A stretch of 64,000 nt of DNA from Gemmatimonadales bacterium (GTDB lineage: Bacteria > Gemmatimonadota > Gemmatimonadetes > Gemmatimonadales > GWC2-71-9), in the NCBI GenBank assembly GCA_040877595.1, contig JBBDNM010000062.1:10911-74910 (forward strand), given 5' to 3'. The position numbers and the translations under genes were made by a program. Of this stretch, positions 51,766 to 60,130 are shown in pieces (position 1 is the stretch's first letter; each line of letters starts with the position of its first letter). The notes under the pieces are model-generated. The model was not told the DNA's origin, did not search any database, and saw nothing but the letters and a program-made list of their open reading frames with translations.

Positions 51766-52715
51766 GCGACCACGCGGGCGTATGGCGCGCGGCCGCGGAA
51801 GCGGCGGGGCGGGGCGCCAGGGCGGCGCTCGCCACGGTGTCGCGACGGCGCGGCTCATTGCCCATGGCGTCCGACGCCAAACTGTTCATCTCGCCCGAGC
51901 GGCGCGTGGGGACCGTCGGCGGGGGATGTGTGGAGGCCGATGTCATCCTGCAGGCGCTGGGCACGGATCGGCCCGTGACGGTGCAACACACTCTCAACAG
52001 CGACGTGGCCGGCGACCTGGGTCTTTCGTGCGGCGGGACCGTGGACCTCTTTCTCGAGCCCGTCGTACCGGAAGCCGCGGTGCTGTATGCCGCCGTCGCG
52101 GACGCCATCGACCGGCGCGTGGCGGGGCAGGTGACGACCGCGCACCGGTGGGAACGAGGACCGCGCAAGCTGGCCCGGTTGGGCGAGGCGTCCGTGGTAG
52201 TGGGTGACATGCCCTCGGGCGAGGTATTTGAAGAGCGCGTGCCGCGGGCACCGCGCCTGGTGCTGTTCGGGGCAGGTCACGTGGCCGAGGCCATCGCGCG
52301 GGTAGCCGCTGCCACGGACTTCCGCGTCACGGTGGTGGATGACCGGGCGGAGTTCGCGCACCTCGATCGTTTTCCCGGAGCGGAGGTCGTGGTGGATGAC
52401 CTGCGCGCGGCGCTGCGCGGGTTCACATGGGATGCGGACGATTACGTGATCGCCTGTACGCGCGGCCACGCGCAGGATGCGCTGGTGGTTCAGTCCGTCG
52501 CAGGAACTTCCGCGCGATACGTGGGGATGTTGGGGAGTCGGCGGAAGCAGGCGGTGATCTGGAAGGCGCTGGCGCAGGCCGGCGTCAGCGAGCAGGCACT
52601 GGCGCGAGTCAAGGTGCCCATTGGGGAACGGATCGGAGCCGACACGCCGGGGGAGATCGGCGTGTCGGTAATGGCTGAGCTGATCCGCCTGCGGCGCCTT
52701 ACTTCGCCTGCTTGA
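51762..52715 (+). CDS. XdhC/CoxI family accessory protein
   Basis: ..VGGGCVEADV.. in the N-domain and ..LVLFGAGHVAEAIARVAAATDFRVTVVDDR..YVGMLGSRRK.. in the Rossmann-like C-domain. The GTG at 51762 overlaps the upstream stop (GTGA). Confidence 0.8.
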   Translation: MSDHAGVWRAAAEAAGRGARAALATVSRRRGSLPMASDAKLFISPERRVGTVGGGCVEADVILQALGTDRPVTVQHTLNSDVAGDLGLSCGGTVDLFLEPVVPEAAVLYAAVADAIDRRVAGQVTTAHRWERGPRKLARLGEASVVVGDMPSGEVFEERVPRAPRLVLFGAGHVAEAIARVAAATDFRVTVVDDRAEFAHLDRFPGAEVVVDDLRAALRGFTWDADDYVIACTRGHAQDALVVQSVAGTSARYVGMLGSRRKQAVIWKALAQAGVSEQALARVKVPIGERIGADTPGEIGVSVMAELIRLRRLTSPA

Positions 52716-53235
52716 CGGTGACCGCCGGCAGGTCCGGCGCCGCGACATGCTGGGACGCGACCGGCGTGATCTCCATTGTGTACGGTCCCGTGTCGTCGCT
52801 GCCGAACCCATTCATGACGACAAAGTAGTCCAGGTTGACCTGGAGCGACGCGCCCGCAATCAGGGCGTTGAAGCCGGGGCCCGAGTCGTCGTCCGCCGCG
52901 ATAGTCGTGAGCGTGGCGGATTCGCCAGTGTACGATTCGAGGCGCAGCAGCACCACGAAGTTGTCGAACTCGGACTCGGCCCCAATGCGATACGTCCCGC
53001 TCTCGCCGACGCGGACGCGCCACACCTCGTAGTAGGAGCCGTCGTCGAGCTGGCAATCGCCGGTCGAGATGGTTCCCGAGATCGCGTCGCCGGGCGCGCG
53101 ATCACCGCGCACGCAGAACGCGTCGAGCAGTTCGGCTGGGAGCGCTGGGAACGTGACGTTGGGGCCGCTCGAGTCGCCGCATCCGATCAAGACAGCGAGC
53201 AACATCATTGGGACGGACCGTTGCATCCACGCCAT
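52699..53235 (-). CDS. Lipoprotein with pre-peptidase-C-terminal (PPC)-like domain
   Basis: Lipobox AVLIG|C. ..GTISTGDCQLDDGSYYEVWRVRVGESGTYRIGAESEFDNFVVLL.. resembles PPC beta-sandwich domains. The start may be 53235, 53226 or TTG 53265. The 3' end overlaps the convergent xdhC-like gene by 17 nt. Confidence 0.7.
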   Translation of the reverse strand: MAWMQRSVPMMLLAVLIGCGDSSGPNVTFPALPAELLDAFCVRGDRAPGDAISGTISTGDCQLDDGSYYEVWRVRVGESGTYRIGAESEFDNFVVLLRLESYTGESATLTTIAADDDSGPGFNALIAGASLQVNLDYFVVMNGFGSDDTGPYTMEITPVASQHVAAPDLPAVTVKQAK

Positions 53236-53300
53236 GGCAGACCCCACAGGAAAAAGGATGAACAAGTATAGGGTCTGCCGGTGAGGTCCGCCAGCAGCGT

Positions 53301-54200
53301 CTACTGCAGGCGCAGCAACAGCGCCCGGAGGGAGTCACGCGGGATCGGCGCGCGACCGGACACCTCGAAGTCGCCGCGACGCACGGCATCCGCGGCAAGG
53401 AGATTGTCCCGCAGGCGTCGCTGCAACAGCTCAAGCACCGCACCACCCCCCAACACTTGTTCCGTGCGCACCTCCACGCCGCCGCGCACGGCGCGCACCG
53501 CGTAGCCCAGCGTCTGCAGACCAGCCACGGTCTGCAAGTCACCGCCGAGCATGGTCTGCGCCTCCTCCAACGAGACCGCGCGCCAGTCCGAGATGGCGTC
53601 CTGCTCCTCGCGAAGGCGGCCCAGGCGTTGCGCAGCCTCTGGTTCCGCTTGGCGCAGGGCAAAGGCCCGTTCGGGTGGCGGGGCCGCTGGCAGCCGCTCG
53701 ATCCCGCCGACCGTTCCGGTCCCAGCGCCTGCGCCCGAGGTTGTGGGACCCGCGAGGTCCGCCATGGTCACCGGACTCGGAGCTGGCGCGGCCGGAGTAG
53801 CGGGCGCCTCCGACGCCGGTGCCTCAGCCATCACGATCAGGGACTCGCCCACGGGCACCTGGATGTAGGTGACAACCGGGGTCGGGGCCGGAAGCACCAA
53901 CGCTCGACCGTACCAGCCCAGCCCGGCGGCCAACGCCACAGTGGCCGCCCACGCCAGACCCCGATACGAACGACGGCGCACGGGCGTCCGGCCCGCGCGT
54001 GCCAGAATCCCAGTGAACGGTGGTGGATCCGCGGTCGCGAGCCCGCGGTGCAGGATCGCCTTCGCCTGCTCGCGCACCCGCACGGCGTCCTCCACCAGCA
54101 CGCGGCACTCGGCACACGCGCTCAGGTGGCGTTCGTGGTCCCGGCTGATCACCGCCGTGTCGATATACTCGGCGATGACCGCGTCATCCAGATGCAGCAT
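53301..54200 (-). CDS. Anti-sigma factor (zf-HC2 type, single TM)
   Basis: Start MLHLDDAVIAEY is ATG at complement(54198..54200) with GGAGGA 4-5 nt upstream. H-x3-C-x2-C motif (HERHLSACAEC). TM segment GLAWAATVALAAGLGWY. 17-nt overlap with the sigma gene. Confidence 0.8.
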   Translation of the reverse strand: MLHLDDAVIAEYIDTAVISRDHERHLSACAECRVLVEDAVRVREQAKAILHRGLATADPPPFTGILARAGRTPVRRRSYRGLAWAATVALAAGLGWYGRALVLPAPTPVVTYIQVPVGESLIVMAEAPASEAPATPAAPAPSPVTMADLAGPTTSGAGAGTGTVGGIERLPAAPPPERAFALRQAEPEAAQRLGRLREEQDAISDWRAVSLEEAQTMLGGDLQTVAGLQTLGYAVRAVRGGVEVRTEQVLGGGAVLELLQRRLRDNLLAADAVRRGDFEVSGRAPIPRDSLRALLLRLQ

Positions 54201-54684
54201 CGCGTCCTCCGATCTGTTCATACGCCTCGACCAGTCGTTTCCGCGCGCGGGACAGCGTGGTCCCGATCGCGCCTTTGGTGAGCCCGGTCTCGCCGGCGAT
54301 CGCCTCGTAATCCAACCCGGCATCCCACAACAGCAGCACGTCGCGGTCACGATCCGTCAGCAGGGCCAACGCCTCCCGAACCAAACGCAGCTGCTGCCCC
54401 CGCTCCATCTCCTCAATCGGATCCGGCGCAGTGGGCGCGGGTTCCGATTTGATCAACTCGAGCTTGTGGCGGCGCCGAATGTCTCCGCGCGCCTCATCGC
54501 GCGCGAGGTTCGCCGCCACCGTGAACAACCACGCACGCGCGTCCTCTGGGTCCTCGTCCAGTGCGCGCACAAACACCTCCTGCGCCAGGTCGCGGGCCCG
54601 GTCCGCGTCCCACACCTTGTGGTGCAGGAAGCGAACCAGGTCTCCCCACGTCGCGGTGTACACGCTCGCCCAATCGGTTGGCAC
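54184..54684 (-). CDS. ECF-type RNA polymerase sigma factor
   Basis: 166 aa. Region 2 is ..DLAQEVFVRAL..W.WLFTVAANLARDE... Region 4 is ..REALALLTDRDRDVLLL..GLDYEAIAGETGLTKGAIGTTLSRARKRL... GTG start 13 nt after the vWA gene stop. Confidence 0.88.
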   Translation of the reverse strand: MPTDWASVYTATWGDLVRFLHHKVWDADRARDLAQEVFVRALDEDPEDARAWLFTVAANLARDEARGDIRRRHKLELIKSEPAPTAPDPIEEMERGQQLRLVREALALLTDRDRDVLLLWDAGLDYEAIAGETGLTKGAIGTTLSRARKRLVEAYEQIGGRDAASG

Positions 54685-54697
54685 GAGCGGAACCTAC

Positions 54698-56836
54698 CTA
54701 CCGACCGCGGAAGTCCGCGACCAGCCGGTCCACGCCGGACACGGTATCGCGACCACCTTCGGCAATGCGAATCCGCACCCGGACGCCCGCCACCGTGACG
54801 GCGTCGAACGCCTCCGCGTACGGTACCAATTCCGGCAACGCCCGCAGCACCGCGAAGTACGCCGGGCTGAACGGAGCGATATGCACCAACCGCAGACTGT
54901 CCCGCGCTGACGCATCGGTCCATACACCCGCTTCCTGCCGGAACACGCGGCCCGCCACCGTGCGCCCCGTGCCCCTCGGTGCGAACTGCGCCGCGACGGC
55001 ATCTTCGGCCGCGGTCGCCTGAACGAGGGTGCGTTGCTCCCGCCGACCGCGGTCTCGCTCAGCCTGCTGCACCGCGCCCATCCCGGAGGCGCCGGCGCCC
55101 GGCGCGGCCGGCGCTGGCATCGGCGTCACGCGACCGTTGAGCGCGAACTGCGGTTCCTGCACCAGATACGCTGTGTACTCGCTCAACAGACCGTACCGCA
55201 ATGCGTGATCGCGGATCTCGGCGATCAGCGCAGGCGTGGCGCCCTCGAGTCGAGCCTGCCGATGCAACTCGCCCAGCTTGCGCCCGGCCCAGAGCTTGGC
55301 CACGAAGTCATTCGCCTCCACCGTGGGCGCCAGATCGGCCCGCACCGTGAACCGACGCGATTCGCCGCCCGCGCGGCCCATCAGGGCGATGGTCTGCGTT
55401 CCGCGTGCCTCGCGGTAGCGCCCGAAGATGATCAGCTCTTCACCCTGGAAGAGATCCGGCAACTGGCGCGGATACACATCCGTGATGCCGGCGGGCAACG
55501 TAAGAGCGAGATCGGTCAGCAGGGGCCGGCTGATCATGCTCGCCAGACGGCCCACGCTCGCTTCAATGTCCTGATCGGGCTCGACGTACTCGGTGCGACC
55601 GCGACCCGCAGCGCTCAGGCGATCCAGCAGGTACGTGTTGACGTCGTAGCCCACGCCGAACGCGAACACCCGAGCGCGCCCGTGCTGCGACTCGGCGTGG
55701 TCGGCGATGACTTCCGGGTCCCGCTCGCCCACGGTGGGCAGGCCGTCGGTCAGGAACAGCACGATCGGCAGGTGCTGCGCGGCCGGTTCCACGCGGAAGG
55801 CCTCCTGCAGGGCGCCCGCGATGTTGGTGCCGCCATCCGCGCGCAGGCCATCCACCCACGTGCGCGCCTCGCGTACCGCGTCCGGCGTGGCGGGTGTCCA
55901 GTCCGGTGCTTGTGCCCGCACCTGTGGGCCAAACGCGATGAGCCGGAACCGGTCGCGCGGGGTCAGTGTGCCCAACAGCTGGTGCAGCGCGCCACGCGCC
56001 TGCTCCATCTTGCTGCCCGACATCGAGCCGGAGACGTCCACCACAACCGCAATGTCCCGGGGCACGGATTGTTGCGCATCATTGCCCGGCGTGAGCGTCA
56101 GCATGAACCAGCCGTCGCGTTCGCCGGCAGGGCGATGGGTCACCATCGTGAGCCCTACGGTTGGCTCGGCGGGCGGGAAGAAGATCGCGATCTCGCCGGT
56201 GGGGCGCGCGGTTGGACGGACCACCAATCGGCCGCGGTCGCGGCGCACGTCCAGCTCATGGGTCGGGGAGAAGGGTTCGAGAAACTGCGCGCCGTCAGGA
56301 ACCGTGACCGTGATGGCTACCGGCACCGAGTCGCGCCGGCCTGCCACGTAGCGGAACCCGAGCGCCTGGCCCGCGGCATCCAACATCTGCACGTAGCGCA
56401 GCGTGACACGGCGCTCTTCGCCGGGCGCGAACGGAAACACGCGGGCGCGAATCAGCCCGCGGCCGGCGAACTCGATGAGCGCAGGGTCGCGGCGGCGGCG
56501 GACGATGTCTTCGTAGATCTGGCGGGCGTCCTGGGCATGCATCATCTCGCCGCGGAGTTCCTGGTCTCCCTGCCACAGGGAGTAGTTGCCGAAGACCGCT
56601 TCGCCGGGCAGCGGGAAGTGGTAGTCGGCCTCACCGAAGGGGCCGCCACGGTTCATAAACCATTCATTGACAACAACTTCCGCGATCCTGCCACGGATGG
56701 TGACATCGACCTGCGTCCGAATCTTGACGACGCTCATGACTGCCGGCCGCGGGCGACCGGGCAGGGGCTCGATCCAGCCCTGGGCCGCGAGGGGCGCCGA
56801 CACCAGAACTCCAAGTACTCTCATGACTCCGCGCAT
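54698..56836 (-). CDS. Secreted VIT + von Willebrand factor A domain protein
   Basis: VIT-like region: ..VKIRTQVDVTIRGRIAEVVVNEWF.N......ADYHFPLP..A....SLW.GD.. and ..ARVFPF.PGEERRVTLRY... vWA MIDAS: ..VVVDVSGSMSG.K.. and ..FLTDGLPT... Signal MRVLGVLVSAPLAAQG. The start is 56836 or 56824. Confidence 0.85.
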   Translation of the reverse strand: MRGVMRVLGVLVSAPLAAQGWIEPLPGRPRPAVMSVVKIRTQVDVTIRGRIAEVVVNEWFMNRGGPFGEADYHFPLPGEAVFGNYSLWQGDQELRGEMMHAQDARQIYEDIVRRRRDPALIEFAGRGLIRARVFPFAPGEERRVTLRYVQMLDAAGQALGFRYVAGRRDSVPVAITVTVPDGAQFLEPFSPTHELDVRRDRGRLVVRPTARPTGEIAIFFPPAEPTVGLTMVTHRPAGERDGWFMLTLTPGNDAQQSVPRDIAVVVDVSGSMSGSKMEQARGALHQLLGTLTPRDRFRLIAFGPQVRAQAPDWTPATPDAVREARTWVDGLRADGGTNIAGALQEAFRVEPAAQHLPIVLFLTDGLPTVGERDPEVIADHAESQHGRARVFAFGVGYDVNTYLLDRLSAAGRGRTEYVEPDQDIEASVGRLASMISRPLLTDLALTLPAGITDVYPRQLPDLFQGEELIIFGRYREARGTQTIALMGRAGGESRRFTVRADLAPTVEANDFVAKLWAGRKLGELHRQARLEGATPALIAEIRDHALRYGLLSEYTAYLVQEPQFALNGRVTPMPAPAAPGAGASGMGAVQQAERDRGRREQRTLVQATAAEDAVAAQFAPRGTGRTVAGRVFRQEAGVWTDASARDSLRLVHIAPFSPAYFAVLRALPELVPYAEAFDAVTVAGVRVRIRIAEGGRDTVSGVDRLVADFRGR

Positions 56837-56837
56837 G

Positions 56838-56871
56838 AAAAATCCCCTGATGGGAGGTACACAGCAGGGGA
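56838..56871 (-). terminator. Candidate intrinsic terminator of the sulfur operon (7-bp stem, 15-nt loop, T5 tract)
   Basis: The minus strand reads tcccctg-ctgtgtacctcccat-cagggga-ttttt. It lies 27 nt after the stop at 56898. The T-tract ends 1 nt before ATG 56836. Confidence 0.4.
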
Positions 56872-56897
56872 CGAATCAAGGGCGCAGACTTGCACAA

Positions 56898-58037
56898 CTA
56901 CATCACGGCACACTCGTTTCGCCCGGATTCCAGTACTTCGGCCTCCTCGTCAGATACGCTGCGAAGGCCAATATTGATCGCCTTCATTTCCCGGTAGGCA
57001 TCGGGGGCGGGTTTCTCGCGCTTGAGAACCCAGCGCACGAACGTAGCCTTGTCCTGCATCCGATGCACGGCGTTGCGGCCGGGCAAGTCGCCGAACGCCA
57101 CGGATACCACGCCGTCCGATCCCCGTTCGTCGGCCCCCGCGTAGTGGGCTGGGAAAATCCGCATGCTCGTCGGCCACTCGGCGCGTACGCGTTCGAGCGA
57201 GTGCCACAGGTCCTCCGCCCACGCGGCGGTCTTGCCGGCGAGGTCAGGGCGCCCAATGGACAGGACGAACAGGAAGTCACCAGTCAGCGCGGCATCACCG
57301 GTCACCAGCGTTACGCTCCCCGACGTGTGGCCCGGCGTGTGGAGCACGCGGACCACGGCCTTGCCGACACGAATCTCCTGCCCCTCCTCCATCCTCTCGA
57401 ATCCGATGGTCCCAGGTGTCCCGTCGTACGGATACACCGCGTCGGCCGGGTGCAGGTAGTACGGCACCCCGAATTGCTCGGCGAGTGCGACCGCACCAGA
57501 CAGATAGTCCGCATGCACGTGCGTATCGGCGACGCCGATGATCCGGGCGTGAACGCGCTCGGCCTCGGCGAGGATGACGGACGCATCGCGTGGTGGATCA
57601 ACCACCAGCGCCGCACCATCGGCCACGAGCAGGTACGCGAGCGCGCCTTTGCCGATCCGGTCGAACTGGATCAGGTGGGAAAACCCGGCGGGCGCTGGCA
57701 CCGCGTGGGGGACCAGCAGTCGGTCCCAGGCCGCCATGCCGCCGGTGAGCGACCGTGCGGCGAATCCGTGGCTCAGCAGCCAGCGCGTGGTCTGTCGCGA
57801 GGCGTTCCCGTGCCCGCAGACGGCGATCACGGGCCGATCGGTGTCGAGCCCCGTCGCGGCGGGGTCGGTGAGGGCAAACAACTGCGAGTTCGGCATGTTC
57901 ACGAACCGCGCGGTGGCCGGCGTCTCGATGGTGCCGTTGGCCAGCCGATGCGGCGCCCGGACATCGAGCACCTGCACGCGCTCGCCCTGGGCAAGCGCAC
58001 GGGCCAGTTCGTCGGGGGGAATCTCAGGTACGCTCAT
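56898..58037 (-). CDS. Rhodanese-domain + metallo-beta-lactamase-fold protein (persulfide dioxygenase-like)
   Basis: N-terminal rhodanese-like region (..QVLDVR.., ..VIAVCGHGNASR..). MBL motif ..GVADTHVHADY.., later ..LHTPGHTSGS... Confidence 0.8.
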   Translation of the reverse strand: MSVPEIPPDELARALAQGERVQVLDVRAPHRLANGTIETPATARFVNMPNSQLFALTDPAATGLDTDRPVIAVCGHGNASRQTTRWLLSHGFAARSLTGGMAAWDRLLVPHAVPAPAGFSHLIQFDRIGKGALAYLLVADGAALVVDPPRDASVILAEAERVHARIIGVADTHVHADYLSGAVALAEQFGVPYYLHPADAVYPYDGTPGTIGFERMEEGQEIRVGKAVVRVLHTPGHTSGSVTLVTGDAALTGDFLFVLSIGRPDLAGKTAAWAEDLWHSLERVRAEWPTSMRIFPAHYAGADERGSDGVVSVAFGDLPGRNAVHRMQDKATFVRWVLKREKPAPDAYREMKAINIGLRSVSDEEAEVLESGRNECAVM

Positions 58038-58040
58038 GAC

Positions 58041-58787
58041 TCATCCGAAAGTTCGCTCGATCAAGATAGCCGAGCCCATGACGAGAAGGAAAACGGCAAA
58101 CGCCCGCTTCAGTCGGGCGGCCGGGACATGCCGCGCGAGGCGACTCCCAGCCAGCACGCCCAGAATCGCGACGGCCGAAAAGCCCGCCAGAAAGGTCCAG
58201 CGCACCTCAACCTGATCGAGGTAGCCCGCAAACCCCGCAAACGATTTGAGGGCGATGACAAAAAGGGATGTCCCGATGGCATCTTTCATGGGGACCCGCG
58301 CGAACAGCACCAGCGCAGGTACGATCAGGAACCCGCCGCCGACGCCCACCAACCCCGTCAACACGCCAACGACCAGGCCCTCGATCGCAATCAGCGCCAT
58401 GCCGCCACGCCGCGTGCCGGGAATGGCGTCCATGGATCGGTCGCGCAACATCGCGACCGCCATCGCCAGCATGACCACGGCAAACAGCACCAGTTGGACG
58501 GTGCCGGTGACCAGGGTGGCGAGCCGCGCGCCGAGGAAGGTGCCGACCATCGCGACGAGCGCGAAGGGGACCGCCACGCGCCACACCACATGGCCCTGAC
58601 GCCAGTGGCTGATGGTGCCCACGGCGGCGGTGGTACCCACCACGGCGAGCGACATGGCGATGGCTGGTTTCGGGGCCATGCCGAGGATGTAGACGAAAAT
58701 CGGAACGGTCAGGATGGATCCGCCACCGCCCAGCAGACCCAGACTCGCCCCGATCAGGGCGGCGAGCGCAAGCCCAAGCAGTATCAC
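58041..58787 (-). CDS. TauE/SafE family sulfite/anion exporter
   Basis: 248 aa with ~8 TM helices, ..GGGSILTVP.. and ..GVGGGFLIVPAL... The GTG start overlaps the upstream stop (GTGA). Confidence 0.82.
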   Translation of the reverse strand: MILLGLALAALIGASLGLLGGGGSILTVPIFVYILGMAPKPAIAMSLAVVGTTAAVGTISHWRQGHVVWRVAVPFALVAMVGTFLGARLATLVTGTVQLVLFAVVMLAMAVAMLRDRSMDAIPGTRRGGMALIAIEGLVVGVLTGLVGVGGGFLIVPALVLFARVPMKDAIGTSLFVIALKSFAGFAGYLDQVEVRWTFLAGFSAVAILGVLAGSRLARHVPAARLKRAFAVFLLVMGSAILIERTFG

Positions 58788-59548
58788 GAGGCGTCGGTCA
58801 GGAACACACAGCCCGGATGCCCGGTGAAACCCTTGCGGTCAAAATCCGGCCATTCGTAGCACACGCCCGGCTTGGCATTGGAGCCGTCGGGGCGTTTCCG
58901 GTCGTGCAACACGCAGGTGACCTTGTCGTCCGGGGTCAGGTAGTCGCAGGCCGAGATGACCTCGCACTCCATGGAACGATCATCCACTCGCTCCACCTTG
59001 CAGAGGTAGGGTGACTTGCGGCTGCGGAGCAGGTCTTCGTCGTGGGTCTTGTCGGCGGGCAGGATGATGTCGAGCGTGAGGTCTCGACAACAGGCGGCTC
59101 CGCGGGTGTTGTCGGCGGTGCGGCACGGGGCTCCGACACACGGATTGGTCCCGAGGGTCGGAAGGGCTCGCGTGCGCGTGGGCGCCAGGGCGAGCGTGCG
59201 CATGCGCCCTCTGTGAAAGACGGTGTGGCGGCCATCCGGATGCCTTCTTGTCGCGTCCTCCCCATGGGGCACGGATCTCGGTAACGACCCGATATGCCCG
59301 TGCACCTTGCACCGTGCACCTTGCACGTTCTTCTCAAGATGCTTGCACGGCACCCGTACCACCGCCTCCACCAGCACCTCGCCCCCCGCCCGATACGGTT
59401 TCCCGAAGCTGATGCGCTCCGTGTGGCCGAGCAGCCAGGTCCCGAGGTCGTTCTGGGTCTCGGCGCTGTCGCTGGTGTCGGCGATATACAGGGTGAGGTG
59501 GAGTTCCTGGCAGTATCGGCCAAGGCGGGTACAGGCGGGGGCGGGCAT
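58784..59548 (-). CDS. Cysteine-rich protein, C-terminal half YkgJ/CxxCxxCC-like (putative Zn/Fe-binding)
   Basis: 254 aa with 17 Cys. ..NPCVGAPCRTADNTRGAACC.. and ..CVLHDRKRPDGSNAKPGVCYEWP.. resemble the cysteine-cluster family. Assignment is tentative. The gene contains a 14-mer x2 repeat at 59299-59326. Confidence 0.55.
   Translation of the reverse strand: MPAPACTRLGRYCQELHLTLYIADTSDSAETQNDLGTWLLGHTERISFGKPYRAGGEVLVEAVVRVPCKHLEKNVQGARCKVHGHIGSLPRSVPHGEDATRRHPDGRHTVFHRGRMRTLALAPTRTRALPTLGTNPCVGAPCRTADNTRGAACCRDLTLDIILPADKTHDEDLLRSRKSPYLCKVERVDDRSMECEVISACDYLTPDDKVTCVLHDRKRPDGSNAKPGVCYEWPDFDRKGFTGHPGCVFLTDAS
59299..59326. repeat. cgtgcac/cttgcac heptamer alternation (14-mer x2) inside the Cys-rich CDS
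   Basis: cgtgcac cttgcac cgtgcac cttgcac. On the minus strand it reads gtgcaag gtgcacg x2 and is translated as VQGARCKVHG. The unit is related to the gtgcaag-type units at 16.5 kb and 21.4 kb. Confidence 0.7.
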
Positions 59549-59596
59549 TAGGGGATAAAGTAATAGAAGGTTTGCGAGGCGGTCGGGGACCGATTA

Positions 59597-59618
59597 CTTT
59601 GTGAAGGTTTTCACAAAG
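59597..59618. promoter_or_regulatory. Perfect CRP/FNR-family-type palindrome (TGTGA-N6-TCACA core) in divergent promoter region
   Basis: CTTTGTGAaggtTTCACAAAG has 9-bp perfect arms and a 4-nt spacer. It is centred ~50 nt upstream of cupredoxin ATG 59658 and ~59 nt upstream of the divergent Cys-rich gene start (59548). Confidence 0.5.
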
Positions 59619-59657
59619 TCCCCTTCCATCGTTCCGTCTCAAGGAGCAGGTCAGCAT

Positions 59658-60122
59658 ATGCGTACGATTCTGGCAGGGTTGGTCCTCGTTGCCGTTGCGT
59701 GTGGTGGTGGTGAGAGCGGTTCATCTGACAGTGCCCCGGCCGCGACGCCGGCAGCCGATGCTGCGCAGCCGGCCGCGCAGGGTGCCGTGCACGAAGTGCG
59801 CATGGAGCTCACCGCGGGTGGCGATTACGTCTATAGCCCCGCCGCGCTTACGATCCGGCAGGGCGACCGCGTCCGCTGGCTCAACATCAGCGGATTTCCG
59901 CACAACGTCGCCTTCTACGGTGACCGGATTCCGGCCGGCGCCGAGGCGATCCTGAACGCCGCGATGACCAACCGCATGGGCAGCCTGTCCGGCGCGCTCA
60001 TGGTGGCACCGAATGCCGTGTATGAGATCAGTTTTGCCGGCGCCCCGACGGGCACCTACAACTATTTCTGCACGCCGCATGAAATGGTTGGCATGGTCGC
60101 GACGCTGACGATTACCCAATAG
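59658..60122 (+). CDS. Plastocyanin/azurin-family blue-copper lipoprotein (cupredoxin)
   Basis: SD aaggag (59641-59646). Lipobox VAVA|C. Type-1 Cu ligand contexts FPHNV and FCTPHEMVGM. The upstream 19 codons of the track ORF are rejected. Confidence 0.85.
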   Translation: MRTILAGLVLVAVACGGGESGSSDSAPAATPAADAAQPAAQGAVHEVRMELTAGGDYVYSPAALTIRQGDRVRWLNISGFPHNVAFYGDRIPAGAEAILNAAMTNRMGSLSGALMVAPNAVYEISFAGAPTGTYNYFCTPHEMVGMVATLTITQ

Positions 60123-60130
60123 CGAGAGCT

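Noticed and set aside
25427-58859. Other long shadow ORFs: 25427..26773(-), 29907..30791(-), 32371..33582(-), 37757..39220(+), 39147..40052(-), 46351..47721(-), 47678..48592(-), 48922..49896(-), 50104..51858(-), 51855..52811(-), 55034..56977(+), 56667..58859(+)
   Set aside because: Each lies antisense to a gene with clear family motifs and has the Arg/Gly/Pro/His-rich composition of non-coding frames in GC-rich DNA.
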